This document shows positions 1-13,500 of a DNA stretch of 64,000 bases, one piece after another. Source of the stretch: Iphione sp. A-MEVVRFRX5. Lineage: Eukaryota. The stretch spans positions 34,286,001 through 34,350,000 of the forward strand of contig OZ320318.1 of NCBI GenBank assembly GCA_976226885.1, written 5' to 3'. Numbering within the stretch: position 1 is the stretch's first letter; each line of letters opens with the position of its first letter. Under the pieces are notes generated by a model. That model searched no databases and was not told the DNA's origin. It was given only the letters and a program-made list of their open reading frames with translations. The translations under genes and the position numbers were made by a program.

Positions 1-1677
1 ACCTTGACCCCGGGGTCAGCCAGGCGTAAAGATGGACAGCCATCCTTCCCACGAGTGTCATTGAAAGGGGAGCTAAATACAAGAGAATCCAGGCCTTAAT
101 TTCCCGTATATACTCACGCTCCATTGACACGTCTCTTAAGCCATTAAACACGTACTCTGACATTGTCCAATATTGCAAGTGACCTCTATCTGTTCTCTAT
201 CGTATGCCTAAACGCATTTGGACCGAGACCATTTCGGTTTTGCCTCTTGACGTACGTACATCTCCAGTGTTGACAAGTACTCTGGTTCATGAAAACGTGG
301 GGCACATTCAGAATTGGCTTTTTTTGTATACACGTATTACATTATATTTTCTATGGCATCAGATATTGTTCATCGATTGGTAATTCGTCAGCTCAGTGAT
401 AGGTACATTTTGACAATGATGATAATGTGAGCCCTCCCTCTCCCTTTATACCGCCACCGCTTCCGCACGTCTGGGAACGAAAGGAAGTGAGAGAAGGTGG
501 TGGAGACAGCACAGGGAGGAAAAGATATTTTCTCATTTCCTCATGGAGACCGAACCAGCTGGAGGTTCCAAGAGACATGTTGATAGGTGAGAAGGTGAGC
601 TCGGACACGGGAACGGATTTTGGGTATGCCTGTATCTAGCGATATGACTTCTGTGTGTGCATGTATGTTTCGTGTCTATGCGTGCGTGTTCTACGGAAAG
701 AGTGTGTACTTTGTGTGTTAGTATGCGTGAGTGTTCAGGTCTGTCAGAAGTATGGATGAAAGAGGATAGAGGTTTCCTGTAGGAGGGAAGGCAGTGCAGT
801 GGGTTGCCTTGTGTGCCAGAATGTGTGAGCTTGCTTAGAGCTACCTGGATGGGGACATGTCTTGAGGTAGGTGAGGTTTGTAGCAGAAACATGTTTAAGC
901 AAGAGAGCAGTGCTGCTGGAACCATAGAAAATGACCCTCGGGCAGTTCAAGACTTGGCATGATTTCCTACAGTCTGTACGACTGTAGAAATAAAACTATG
1001 CAACACACACATGTACATGGTGATGTCTGGCCTATAGTCTAAGTTTATGATAACCGGATTGGGCAGGTCTATTATGTGGTCGCATATAGCCTTCTGCCCC
1101 TCTGGCCTTTGATATCAGTATTCCTCCAGTGTGGCTGGGCTCTCCTTGCCTGCCGAATTTTTCACAAGTTTCTCTGCGCAAACTGATGCCGACAGTTCAT
1201 GCGCCGACGCTAGGGGGCGCCTATAAGTAGACGCCATCTCCACTCAGGTCTCACTCTACAATATCTGGCCCGCTACTGCCCGCAGGGCCCCGGGCCAGCG
1301 ACCATTGAGTGTCCGAGCCCGCCGTCTGTCGGCCCCTCGGCCGCGTTCAGCCCTGACCCTATTTCCCTTCGACCAACAGAGAAATGCGAAGTAAAATATT
1401 TAGCCACTGGCGGACGGCTGTTGACCGGTCACTGCCGGACCCGGCAGACCCGGCTGCTGCTGCCTGATGAGAGGTTCGCACAAAGGCCGTCAGGGAGCGC
1501 GCCCGAAGTAGGCGACAATAGGGGTAGGAGCCTGATATTGATGGACTTAGGGGCAGGCTGGGTGTGACTTGAAGCGCTGCCAGTGAAAGGGCGCAGACCT
1601 AGGTGAAGATCTTGACGTGTTCTACTTCGTGTATGGTGTTACGGCAGGGCTTCACTATTCATTGTTGAATGCTGCAT

Positions 1678-1697
1678 ACACACACACACACACACAC
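1678..1697. repeat. (CA)n microsatellite
   Basis: Direct reading. Confidence 0.9.
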
Positions 1698-4600
1698 GCA
1701 TGTACCGCTGTACTTCGCCTTGATTTCATTAGCTATCATCATGCCAAACAAACCATGTACATGTAGAATTACATTTTTAGAAACAGGCATACATCGATTT
1801 GTCAAAGCTCTGAATGTTTTCCTCTATTTCGAATTCGAAGGTTATTTCACATGTAGATCTATTCACTTCTCGAGATACGTTTTCCCGGTAATACCGACGA
1901 CCGGTAGACTGTCCCAGTCTTTACTAGCCATCTTACCACCCCCACCCCCTACCCTCTCTTAGAGACAGTCGTGTTTGACCAAGAGATCAGTATCCGTGTC
2001 AAACATCGCCGCGCGGTGGAGCCAGTCACGTGGGTTGTTCGTGACGTCAGCCCAGGAGCAGGAGCTCCCGCGCAGGCGCTGTTACGTAGACGCTTCGGTC
2101 GCGCTCAACGTCGCGCCGACGATGTTTGGCGTGCGTGGTGTTTTGTTCGGCCGGCCGGATTTCCTCGTTGTATTCTAGATCAATTATTAGTCTCCACTTT
2201 GGCGCTATGACGTACGATATTCTCGCCGACCGACCCCGGCGAAAGAATCAAATATTTACCGGCCATGTTGTTTCTTTGGTCTCCACCATGTATTGGTCTC
2301 AGCAATGCAGTGCCGGATTGATCTCCTATAAGCCTGACCAGTTGGACCCGACTGGATCAACTATTAATATATCACCCTGTTACAATATTTGCACCGTGTA
2401 AAATAACACCTAAGTGTGAATACTACGTGCAGAAAATGTTATTTCAGTGCAAAGGTGTGTGGTCCCAGTATGGACCTGGAGGCTCATGTTGACTATCTGT
2501 GATAACTCAGAAATAGCAGATTAATGGACATAAAAAAAAACTACAATACATGTATGGCCAGATATACAAAGAGAACTCCTCAGATTAGTCTTTCATGGTA
2601 TGAAATATGATATGTTGGTGGCAGTCACCTGCATGGATATAATCTCTATCAATTAATCTACAGGGGCCTCGCATATAAAACTTTTCGTTTCCATTTAATT
2701 TCCATTGAGCTAAATAATACCGTTATTTAACATGCTATCACTCATTCAAGACAACAGTGCTCCTTTACAAAGCAAGTTTGCCATTGGCGGTGATATTAAA
2801 AACCCATCTTTGCGAAAGATTGATTTCAAAACCATTTTTGGGGGGAACTGTGTACCACCATTCATAAAATGCATGAACGTGGCAGTCTCCGGTCTCTTCC
2901 CCGTTTATCATTATATAGACACAGTATGATTAACGGGCTCCGCTACCTCTCCCAATTTAATCATACCCTCTCCCAAAACGGCTGTAATGTGCTCTGAGTG
3001 ATTTCTCCATTGCAGTCGCACTGTTGACACTACCAATGATATCGTTTAAACGGGCGTCAGTATCGCGGAGTAGAAATCGTCAATTGCTATCAGATAAAAT
3101 TTTAATGCGTCTAATGCGATTTGCAGCCTAATAATTAAAGCCACTGGGTAAGGGAGATGACTTTCTCCTCCCGGCATGGCGCCTATGAGTTCTACATGGG
3201 GCCTACTGGAGTCCCATCAGGTGGGTTAATTAGAATACTAGCATGGGCAGGTCCCAGGTGGGATTATCGAAACTAAACTGAAGATTAGAAGAAATGTGTG
3301 ATTACCTCCACAGGTCCTTTGGGGCTGGAAATGCACCGCAGTGTTCACATAAGTCAAAACCATATCATTACTTGGATACTCCCCTCCCGTCTTCCGGATT
3401 CTGCCGGGAGAAATCCCTCGGCAACAGAGCCGACACAGCGCGTGCCTATGGTGGACCGGTAATATCCGGAATAGGTTGCCACTTGCGCCAACCGCTTAGA
3501 CTTCTGATTTAAGCCATATGGTATGGGGGAGCAAAAGAGCTAAGGTTTGGAGCAGGACGTGCTCCTGTATGTGTGTATGTGTGTGTGCGTGTGTGTATCC
3601 CGAGCTTTTTGTTCTGTCTGTTAGGCACGCACGAGTGGGAACGCTCCTTTTCATCTAGGACGGGCCATGCTGGGTTTAATCAACCCAGAGTTATGGAGAC
3701 TACGGCCTATCGCGGACTCCTATAGCATTGCAGTCGTGCGCTAACGTGAATATCAGTATATCAAGACTCACGTCAAAACGGAGTTCGTATGCCATGGTCG
3801 GAGAATGGGGCGGGGGCGTAATTTTTTTCTTTGTCGGTGACGGAAATGTCAAGGAAGCACGCCAGACATAGTACAAGGCGCGAACGCGATATCTAATACC
3901 TTTTACTAATCATATGCAGGTTGCAGAGGAGGGTGTTTCACCATAACTTTCACTCACGGTTGGGGTCACCGGTGAAATACTGTGTGGATATGGCGGCTCA
4001 GACATGGGAGGGTGTGGTCCCAGCAATCATAGGTAAACAGATCACCTGGATGCCCAGCAGGCGAGCAGCTCACGTCTCACAGGCCCCCACGAGCTGCTCT
4101 CAGAGGAGTGACCCGCACTGTTCTGTCTTAATGTTTCCCCCTAGCAGACATCATTCAAGTCGCGAACTGACTGATGGTAGTATAGTCGTCTGACTGGTTT
4201 TGATTTATTATTTGAAGAAGCGCCCCCCCCCCGCCATCCGCCATCACCCCCACTACCTGCGCTGTAGCTGTTAACAATTTACATACACATGTACTCGACA
4301 GATCTTTTCCGATTCTCAGGTTTCTTTTTCACATACAACATCGGAAATGGTACAAAGTTTGACTAGCTTTGATAGGAAAAGTACACTGCTAACCGTGTTT
4401 CATCCTGTTTTGTTTTGCAGTAACGTTGTTGGATACGAGAAACGAAGAAAGCTTAGGATGGGCCACTTTTTCCCGGACTCAATCGACAGACGGCTCGGCA
4501 TTTGTTGGGGTAAGTCAGTCACAGTTTTCATTGCACTGTTAAGCGATTAAAACATGTAAACGTGCATTTCTGCATATCCTTCACTCTTTTGTGTGATCCC

Positions 4601-5399
4601 ATGCCTGAGGGTGGGGACCACGGGAGGCTTGGGTTGAGGGGGAATATTATCCCCCTACAGGAGTCAGGCGCACCAAAGACGCCGACTTTCAGACAACCAA
4701 TCCCTTAAGATACGGCCGGTTGAAGCAGCCCTACTTAATATGGCGGCTTTCTCTCTAATTCTCATAGTCGGCATTCCTTATTGTAGACTAGTGGCCAATT
4801 CTGAATGAATTGGGTCCAATTCGTCTTCCCTTCTCTTGTGTCGCTTTTGACAGGTGGCTTCGAGGGAAACAAAAAGGAATGGGACAGTTGGGTAAAATAA
4901 GCAAGATTTGTTTGCCCTTAACGGGCCCTACTTCATATTGTACTTTCACAAACTCTGCAATAAGAAAAAAAGTGTAGGCGCCCACTGAAGTAGACTGATA
5001 AATGCCAGCACACAGGCTGTGTTTTACTTTACCTCATTTATTCGTGGATGGGTCATCTTTGTAGCTTCAAGACAATATTCCTCAGACCATTTTTATTATC
5101 AAAGTCTCTCCTTTTCCAACTTGTTCGTCTCCTCCCGCCCTCAGTATCTCACATTTGTTATTGTCTTTATGTCTCTCGATATTTAGTTCTGTGTCTCTTT
5201 CTCTCCTTTGTTACTCCTTCTGGTACTTTACCGTAGAGGGCGCAGTCTTGCCACCATTTTTTGCACATGAGCTTTATTGCATTATGTACATGTTACCTCA
5301 TGCATCCACACGCACCCGCGTTACTCTCGTATGGCCCATTTCTGGCCCTAGAGCTGCTCCCAAAGGGATGATGCATCTATCCGAGCTACTCATCGTTCG

Positions 5400-5960
5400 C
5401 TCCTTCCTTACCCGACCATACGACCATTCAGATATGGGCGTCCCTCCGCCGCCGTCGCCATCTTGTTATCGCCGCCCACAAATTGTTTCAGCGCTACCAC
5501 CCTCCATGATGGCAGCCATTGATCCGCCAGGCGTCGCCACCGTCGCGGCCACGTGATTACGAAGATGGGCGCTGATTGGCCCGCGCATGGTCACATGATG
5601 CGACCACGTGATAGCTGTGCCGGAGTGCCCCCGAGCGCCCGCGGGGAGCAATATGCGCCTCGTTTTGATGTGACAAGTGGCTGGTGAGCAGGACGCCCGT
5701 GGAAGATGGCCCCATTTAGACTGGTGCCTGCGCCTTTAATGGGCGAACTGAGCTGTGGTGGAGACAAGTGCCCGCCAATCTCCCAGCCTTGGCGACTGAC
5801 GCCCCACCCTCCTACTTTTCCTGCTCCCCCCCCCCCCATCTTTCCATCGTCGTCAGCCTAACGTCAAGAGTCAGAGACAGAGGACGTGGATGATCGGGAA
5901 AGGCAGTTCCCGCCACCTTTCCAGCCGCGCTGCTGCACTCATCCAGCCGATGATGCCCTT
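5400..5960. promoter_or_regulatory. CpG-rich promoter/enhancer-like module (YY1 CGCCATCTTG 5456, E-boxes CACGTG 5550 and 5605, CACATG 5592, reverse CCAAT 5575)
   Basis: High CpG density and several consensus motifs within about 160 bp. Prediction only. Confidence 0.4.
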
Positions 5961-7477
5961 ATCTGAAGTCTAATTAATTAACTGATCCATGTTCCTTAAG
6001 CGATGAGTCTTCTATCGATGACATATGTTACAGCTAGGTACATAACTATAGGATTAGCCCCTAGTGTTAGAATTAGCATTTTTACTCTTCTTGGAGGAAA
6101 GACAAGCCATCGTCCTGTGTGCACATGCATGTGTGTTCTACTCGAGAAAACGTTCACTTTGGATAGTTAAGCTGTTAGATCCAAAGCAGAGTACATTTAC
6201 ATGTATATCTCAAATTTAGGTATCGACACTAATTCGGCGGCAAAGAAACCGTAGGGTAGTAATTCGTGAAAGGCCGATAATTACTTGTACGGTAAGGTTC
6301 ATTTTGAATGTGAGGCGAGTAGGAATCGAAACACACTCCCCCATCTCCAGTCCCAGTTTCAATTTGCCTAATTAGCGGATCAAACTAAAATTGGACTGCG
6401 CTTCTCGCTTGCCGCTCCCCGCCCTGTAACTGGAAGCCACCGTACCATTATTCAAGGTATAACGTACACCCAAACCGGGCCGTTCTTCACAAAGGGTGGT
6501 TGAATCAGCACTAGCCACCTTCCTGCAGCGTTAGGTGATGGGAAGTGAGGTCACTGTTGTATCGACTTCTACCTGCAGATCATTAGTTAGTTGGTAACTC
6601 TAAGAGTCAACCTGACACTCTTTGTCAGAAAAAGGGCTGGGGGACAGACACAGACAAAACCTATGTAGGAGCGGGTAAGAAGAGCTAGATAAAGGATGAG
6701 AGAGATATCACAAAATACTATGGAAATAAGGGCGTTTAGAGCGAAAGCAAGGGAGCAAGATGGAGAGATTTAGGGCTGAACGTGTTTTCGGCTTTGAATT
6801 GTTTTAATTGTAAATGTACACACAAGCAGAGACTAGAGAGATAGAAAGAGAAGGACAAGGACAGACAAAGAAAGGCAAACACAGACAAAAAGAGAGAGTT
6901 CCATGTAAAATCGGAAAAAAAAACAGACAAGAAGAGATAGGTCAGGACAGATGGACCGACAGGAACAGAGATAAATGACAAAGAAGGACATTACATCAGC
7001 TCACGCCCACTAAACACACACCTGTGAGCATTACGTCGCCATCCTGCGTTGCACACCTGTATGGTGCGCAGGTGACATTTCTAACGTCCTCGTGACGTCA
7101 CCTTCTACCTCCCAACCATTAACCAGGCGTTGCCCATTGTGCCGCCTGCGTAACGACCTCTCAAAAACTTAAACTTAAAACCAGGACTCGAGTTCCTAAT
7201 TTGCAGGTTCGATCTTTGATCATTAAGCTGTATCAGTGCGCAGCGGATCTCGTTTCGTGGCTATAAACCTACATTTGGTCTCATTTAAGTAGAACGTTAC
7301 GTTTGTACTCACTGGCGGAGTCGTGTCCCGATATAATGTTTTTGTCCTAGGAAAATGTATTTAAAATACCTTTGGCCGATCCCTGGTATATTCTATGCAG
7401 GTGTGTAATGATTATATCTGCATCCGCAGTGACATACTTAAAGTTAATGACTTAATAAACTGTGCAGGAGTCGGGGG

Positions 7478-7500
7478 GAGAGAGATAGAAAGATAGAGAT

Positions 7501-7543
<43 letters not shown>

Positions 7544-7580
7544 AGAGACAGAGACAGAGAGAGAGAGACAGCGAGAGATA
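7478..7580. repeat. Compound (GA)n/(GATA)/(GACA) microsatellite
   Basis: Direct reading. Confidence 0.9.
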
Positions 7581-10500
7581 TGGAAAGGGCAGACAGAAAG
7601 GGACCGCAAAAATTGTAGGTACATTTAGTCATGAGTAAAACATTTGGCCAACTGATATAAAAGCATATTCGAAAATCTGCTTCAGTTTAGAAAAAGACCC
7701 GTAACTGTGAGGGCATTTTGTCATGTTAGACACGAGTTACCAGGCTATCCTCATGTAAAGGACACTAGTGTACACATAGGTTACCATGACACCTCTTTGG
7801 TGAGGTTCAGACATGTGGCTCCACCAAGCTACTGGGTCATTTTTCAGTTTTATGTTCCTCCACGTCGGAAACGGTGCCCACAGGTGGTAGGTGTGGGCCA
7901 GCATCCTTAGGCTGACAGGGCCCCTAGCGGTCGGTATCCGGGGGGTTGTGGAGGCTAAGCAGTTCCTTGGAGGTCACTTTGTTTGGGTCTTTGAGTGGCG
8001 TTCAGGCTGTGGGGAGAAGGTGAAGGTGGGCTTTGGTCTGTTGGTATCCGGGCCATCCTCAGGGCCCACAGGAAAGCCTTGCCGGTTATGAAGGTGGTTT
8101 GAGGTGAGTGCACTAAGGAAGCTGGGCTGAGAAATGGGTGGGTGGGGAACGTGGTCCGGTCACAGTTCACGTCACGGATGAGAATTAAATGAGCAAAGTC
8201 ATCCAGAATGCTTTAAAAAAACCTTGGTGATGAGCTCGGGAGAAGAGCTTATTAGAGGAAACAAGGCTGGCCAGTACTGGTCCTAAGGCGGCTTAGGTGT
8301 CCCACCGATTGATCCACATCTGGCCTCTATCAAGGCAACATCAAGCACCAAATGTTTACTGGCAATATGGCCCACAGTTTATATCCTTGTCGCTGGTGCC
8401 AACCCTCTGTCGTCGGCACCATGCCCTCCCTCTGGTAAGCCTTGTTAGCTAGCAGTGGCCCTAACACCGACCCTGTGACTGACAGTGGCAATGGCCCGTC
8501 TTACGCTGGCCTCTTGTGAATTATTTCGGATGATGGGAATTTTGGGGGTGGGGGTGCGGGGGTTACTAGTCCTATTTAACTAGTGATTGGTGTAACAGGA
8601 AAGAGTGTGTTAAAGATAAATACACACATGCAAACAGGCAAACCTCCTGCCCCCTACTTCCTCCTGTTGAAGCATAGGTTCTTTCAGCTGGGGCGAGAGG
8701 AGCCGGGAAGGAGAGGGGTTAGGATAGTAATGCACGTACGCACAAACATAGGACAGACACTAAAGAGACGTTTTAATTTTTTAGCCAACAAGCACACATA
8801 CTTATATTTGGCATCAGCAAACACATAAATATGTACACACAGAGAACCGAACTCTTATGGCAGGAGTATAAAGGGCTTCAGTGTGGAGTAGGTTATGGTC
8901 GTTACACATTCGCGATGATACGCAAACACGCAGGCGTTGAAACACGAGTCCAGACTACCGGGGCGACGCCTGGTGTACTAATGGGGTACTATTTGCTCAA
9001 GACACAGCCATTCGATACATGTAAACGATCCTTTTGTCTCTGCGTGGTTTTCTTTCTTGGTTATGACACCGGAGAGGGTTGCTCTTTTAACACTGACAGT
9101 TCTCACCGCATGGTTTGAACGGCGAAACGTAGGTTCTGTGACGGGAAGGGGGCGGGGTAAGTTCTTTATGAGTGTGTGTGTACGTCTGTGTGTGCGTGTG
9201 TCCGTTTGTGTGTGTATATCTTGCGGGGTAGAGGACAGATCGAAGGCATTTGAGAGCTTACACGGAGGGTTTCAGGGGCTGGTTACCAGTTGAAGTAGGT
9301 CGAGGGGGAAGAGACTGGCCAAAGAGAGGTAAACCAGGAAAGGAACATGAGCCAGGCGCCTGTGGCACATAGGAATGTTCTAATGGCACTCAGTTTGTTC
9401 AAGCGTGTGGTCTGTGAATATATATGCTTCAACCCCCTCCCCCAATCCTCTGCAACCCCCCCCCCCCCCAGTTCTCTTAATCTCCCGAACTCGTGTTCTT
9501 CAGAAAAACAAATGCTAGTGATTTTTCCCTGATGGCTTCGCCGCCCCCAAACATTGTATTGGTAGGTGCAAGAATATTTTGCTTTGTTGACTAATAACTC
9601 GATTAAACAGTCGCTAAGTAGGAAATATTCCTGGTCATATGACACACCTGAAATTTATGTGCCTCTAGTTCCCTAACTCTTACCCTAGTCAGCAATGTCG
9701 ACTCTCTCGCTGGCACCAGTCATACCCATGTCGATCACTCTCACTCAACATTAGTGAATTATTAAGTTAGGCACATATCATGTGATCATAACAAAAACAA
9801 AGCAATTCATGTAGCAAACGTCGGTGCTGTAATCTCTGAGTACCAGTTCCGTCCTATATTGTCCCCAGTACATAACAGATGCGCATGCATACATGTTGTT
9901 ACTCTTTGAAATGTCTGACGTGATATTTTTCTTTTACTATAAAATGTATTTGCAGTATCAGAAAAACGTTAGGACTTTGAAAATGGCTTGCTTGAAGATA
10001 AACAGTTCCGAGGTCCTTGGGGACACCTTCCTCTTCCATAGGCCACCAGTTCCCCCCGCTCCCGTACCCACGTCCCAGTCTTCACGCTACCCACCACGCC
10101 ACTCACCCCCCCCCCCCCAGCATCAAGGCGGCAAGGTCTTACACGAAAAGCCTCACATCAAGATGGCGTCATCAACCCTCATTGGCCTCGATCCACAGAA
10201 AATTGTTTAGGAATCAAAGTTGATCCAGATTCCATTTCGGCGGCCGCAGGCATCCTGTAGGCCCCAGGATGAGCGTTTGTTAGCGTTAGGGACTAGGCAC
10301 CAGTCACTTTTTTCGACGTTCGATCGCAAGGCCAGAATAATCGTGGAAACGAAACAGTCTGGATTTATCAATCCAAAATTGGTATTCTAAATTAAGCTCC
10401 CTTTTAACATTGTTGTGTCTCTTACAGTGCAATCTTAATTTTCTGTTCGACCATATTTATTTTGTTTCGGAACTGTGAGTCCTTCCAATAATGATTTTTA

Positions 10501-13500
10501 ATCATACCCTATCCCTCTGTTCATTGTCAGAGGGGTGGAGTGTGTGTTTTTTTCATATCGTAGAAAGCGGATGTGCGCCTGTACAGCGTTCGCATCGGTC
10601 GCCCAAGGTTCGCACCGGCACAGCTGCCTGGCAACCGTGCACCGTGGTACAAAGTGTCTCAATCCTTCGCCGGAAACTCTGAAAATGCCCCGAACAGAAA
10701 TAGAAAATGGCATCCTCTTCATTGCTGAGGAACTTAACACACGCGATATCTAACCTCAACCCCCATCTTCACTCCTTCCCATTGCCCCCCCCCCCCGCGC
10801 GCCACACTTCCTGGCTTGATCTTCCACCACTCCCGTGCACGCTGCCACCTCAAACCTGAATAAGAGCGATGTTGGCTCCGAAACTGTGGCCTCGTTCTCG
10901 AATCTATCTGCCCCTACCCCCTCCTGTGCTTCCCCCTGGTGGTAGGTATCAAAGGGATAAGGGCGAGTGGGAACGCTGAGCGGTCGGTGAGTTGGGGGCC
11001 CAGTCAGACAGGATCTACGCCATAATGACAGCATCAAATATTAACCAGCATTGACCTAGTCCGGCAGCCAAGGTGACCGTTCTCCTCACCATTAGTGCTG
11101 TCAACGTTGAAGCCTGTTGGTAGAGACGTCCTGCTGTAGAAAGTACACGCTAATAGAAGACCAAACAGCTTATATTAACCTTTCCTTCATACATATTTGC
11201 TTGTCATATGTTATTTGTATTTGTACCTACATAGAAGGATATATAATTGAGATGAATAGACCCGTGTCTGGTATTTTACATATTTTATATGAATAGTATA
11301 TGGTTGCAGTTCGCTTTTTTAACGATGTATTTTATAGATGGCCTGAAGACTTCATTACTGCATCGCCAAACGACCTGTTGAACGATATGTGGAAAACAGG
11401 TTTGTTGGCTGCACTCCCGGCAAAACAGAAGCTCGCCTATGCAGGGCAGGGACAGCGTTGACTTATTTCCACTGAGAAAGAATCGTTGAAATATCTGTCA
11501 GGATTACAGGACTAGGTTGGGAGATTGAGGGCGTGTTGGTTGCTCTGGCAGTGCTAGAGCACCGGGCTGTGACGTGGCCAGAATTGGAGATTTGGCCATA
11601 AAACAGATATGATCAGCACCAGGGCTCGTGAAGTGCCGGAGGAGGATCAGGTCGGGTGTAGAGAAGGGGAGGAGTGGGATTGATAAGGGGAGGTGGAGAG
11701 GGATGTGGTGTCGAGGGCGGCGGTGGGGAGGGGGCGGAGGGTTGACGGACCTCTACTTCAAGAGGAGATCCTACGGTGTGTGCGGGGATCCATCCTCTCG
11801 CCAGCGCTGGAGTAAACAACAAACTTAGCAACGTATGCAGCCTGTATATGTGTGTATGTGGGATGAGTTGTGTATGTGGGATGGGTTGGGGGGGACTGCT
11901 GTTAGAGGCGAGTGGTATTTAGGTTCTTCCTTGCATTGCATTCCCTGTGCATATCTGGAACTAAGTTTGTGTGCTTTCAAGCTTTCGCAACGTAGTAGTT
12001 GTCAGTTTCCGAAGGTTCAATCTCTTTAATGATAAAAAGTGTCTTTTCAATATTCCCTTTTGAGGTGAGAGTATTATTTCATAAAATATTCCAAACCTGC
12101 TTTCCTAGAAAGACATTCTCCTACACTTTACCATGTGGAATTCCAGCACTGCTATTGATCCTTCAAAGCGAAATCTGCCTTCACCTGACCTTAATACAAG
12201 CATAATAACAGTAGAGTATCATCATAGCATTATCTGCCCCATCACTGAGTTGAAGTTATAGATACGGCTGGATAAATACATCTGCTAACGACCATGGTTC
12301 ATCTAGAAGTTTCAACTTCCGACTCCTTCTGTTTGTGTAAACAATGTAATTTAGTTATCGAAAAATCGCCTTGAGCAGTAGAATGCATCCTTACACAGTG
12401 GAACGTCTCTTCATTAACCCCATATGGTTAGTTCATAAATTCATTATATTTAGATGCCACGTACACTCCACTCGTCATGTCCTCGGTCAAGAATGTCTGT
12501 GGAGATCTTTTTCCATTAGTGCCCAAAGAATATAATCCTCGATTAACAAAAAAATCCGTTCAGCTCCTAAGTGACATGTTACACTCTGTGGAGATTTTTT
12601 TGTGCCCTCATGTTCAATAAAGTCCGTCTTTGAATATCCTGCACGATATGTTGACTCATAGATTACCTAGGATGAGGCCACCCACGTTTCAGGATGACGG
12701 GTCTCCCTATTGACAGTGAACATAGGCGTTTTCCCCGCATATACATGTGTATTTTAGCTCTATCTATCCATAAAGATTCGACAATATTGTTAGCAGAAGG
12801 TGCATTTCCATAGTTCTTTCCGTTAATACATATCACTACGCCCATCATCATTCCTTAATTTCTCTGATATTATGCAGTAATTAAAATAAAATAATGACCA
12901 TACATATTAGTGAATGCACATATGGACAAAAGCAAAACGCACCATTCCATGAGAAACCGACCTTCAACGGTACATTTAAATCTGATCGGTCAGTTGATGG
13001 TCGATCAAGTTCATTCGTTCGCCGTCCGGACTCCGCCTTGGGAATCGGATTTATAGAGAGAGATGAGACAAATCCAGTCTGTCCCGCATCCAGGAAAATA
13101 ATCCCGCATCTTCGGAGGTAACTGATACTAGGCGGTGGATCAGGTAGTGAGCCAGCGAGTGCCACTGAGGAATCGGGATTAGGTGAAAGAAAGGGTGGGT
13201 TAAGTGACGGAGGATGAGCTTTTGGGATGGAGATATGGGATATATGAGAGAGTTATAAGGGAAGCGGGGATTGGGTGTGGTGGTGTGTAGGGGGGGGGGC
13301 GGTATTGCCTCTCTCCGCCTAGGTTCCCCTCTCAGCCTGCACGCCCAGATTCTGAGATTTGAGATAGACATGTTGGCGGGATGTGATTGCGGGGATCCGC
13401 CAGCAGATGGAACGCTGCGATGGAGGGGCCTGAGGGGGATTATCTAAGGCTTATCTTAGTAGCCGACGGGTGCTTGGACTCACTCAAGCGGGAGAGACCC

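Noticed and set aside
1464-1530. CTGATGA possible hammerhead ribozyme core
   Set aside because: No stem II followed by GAAA and no stem III/UH site found.
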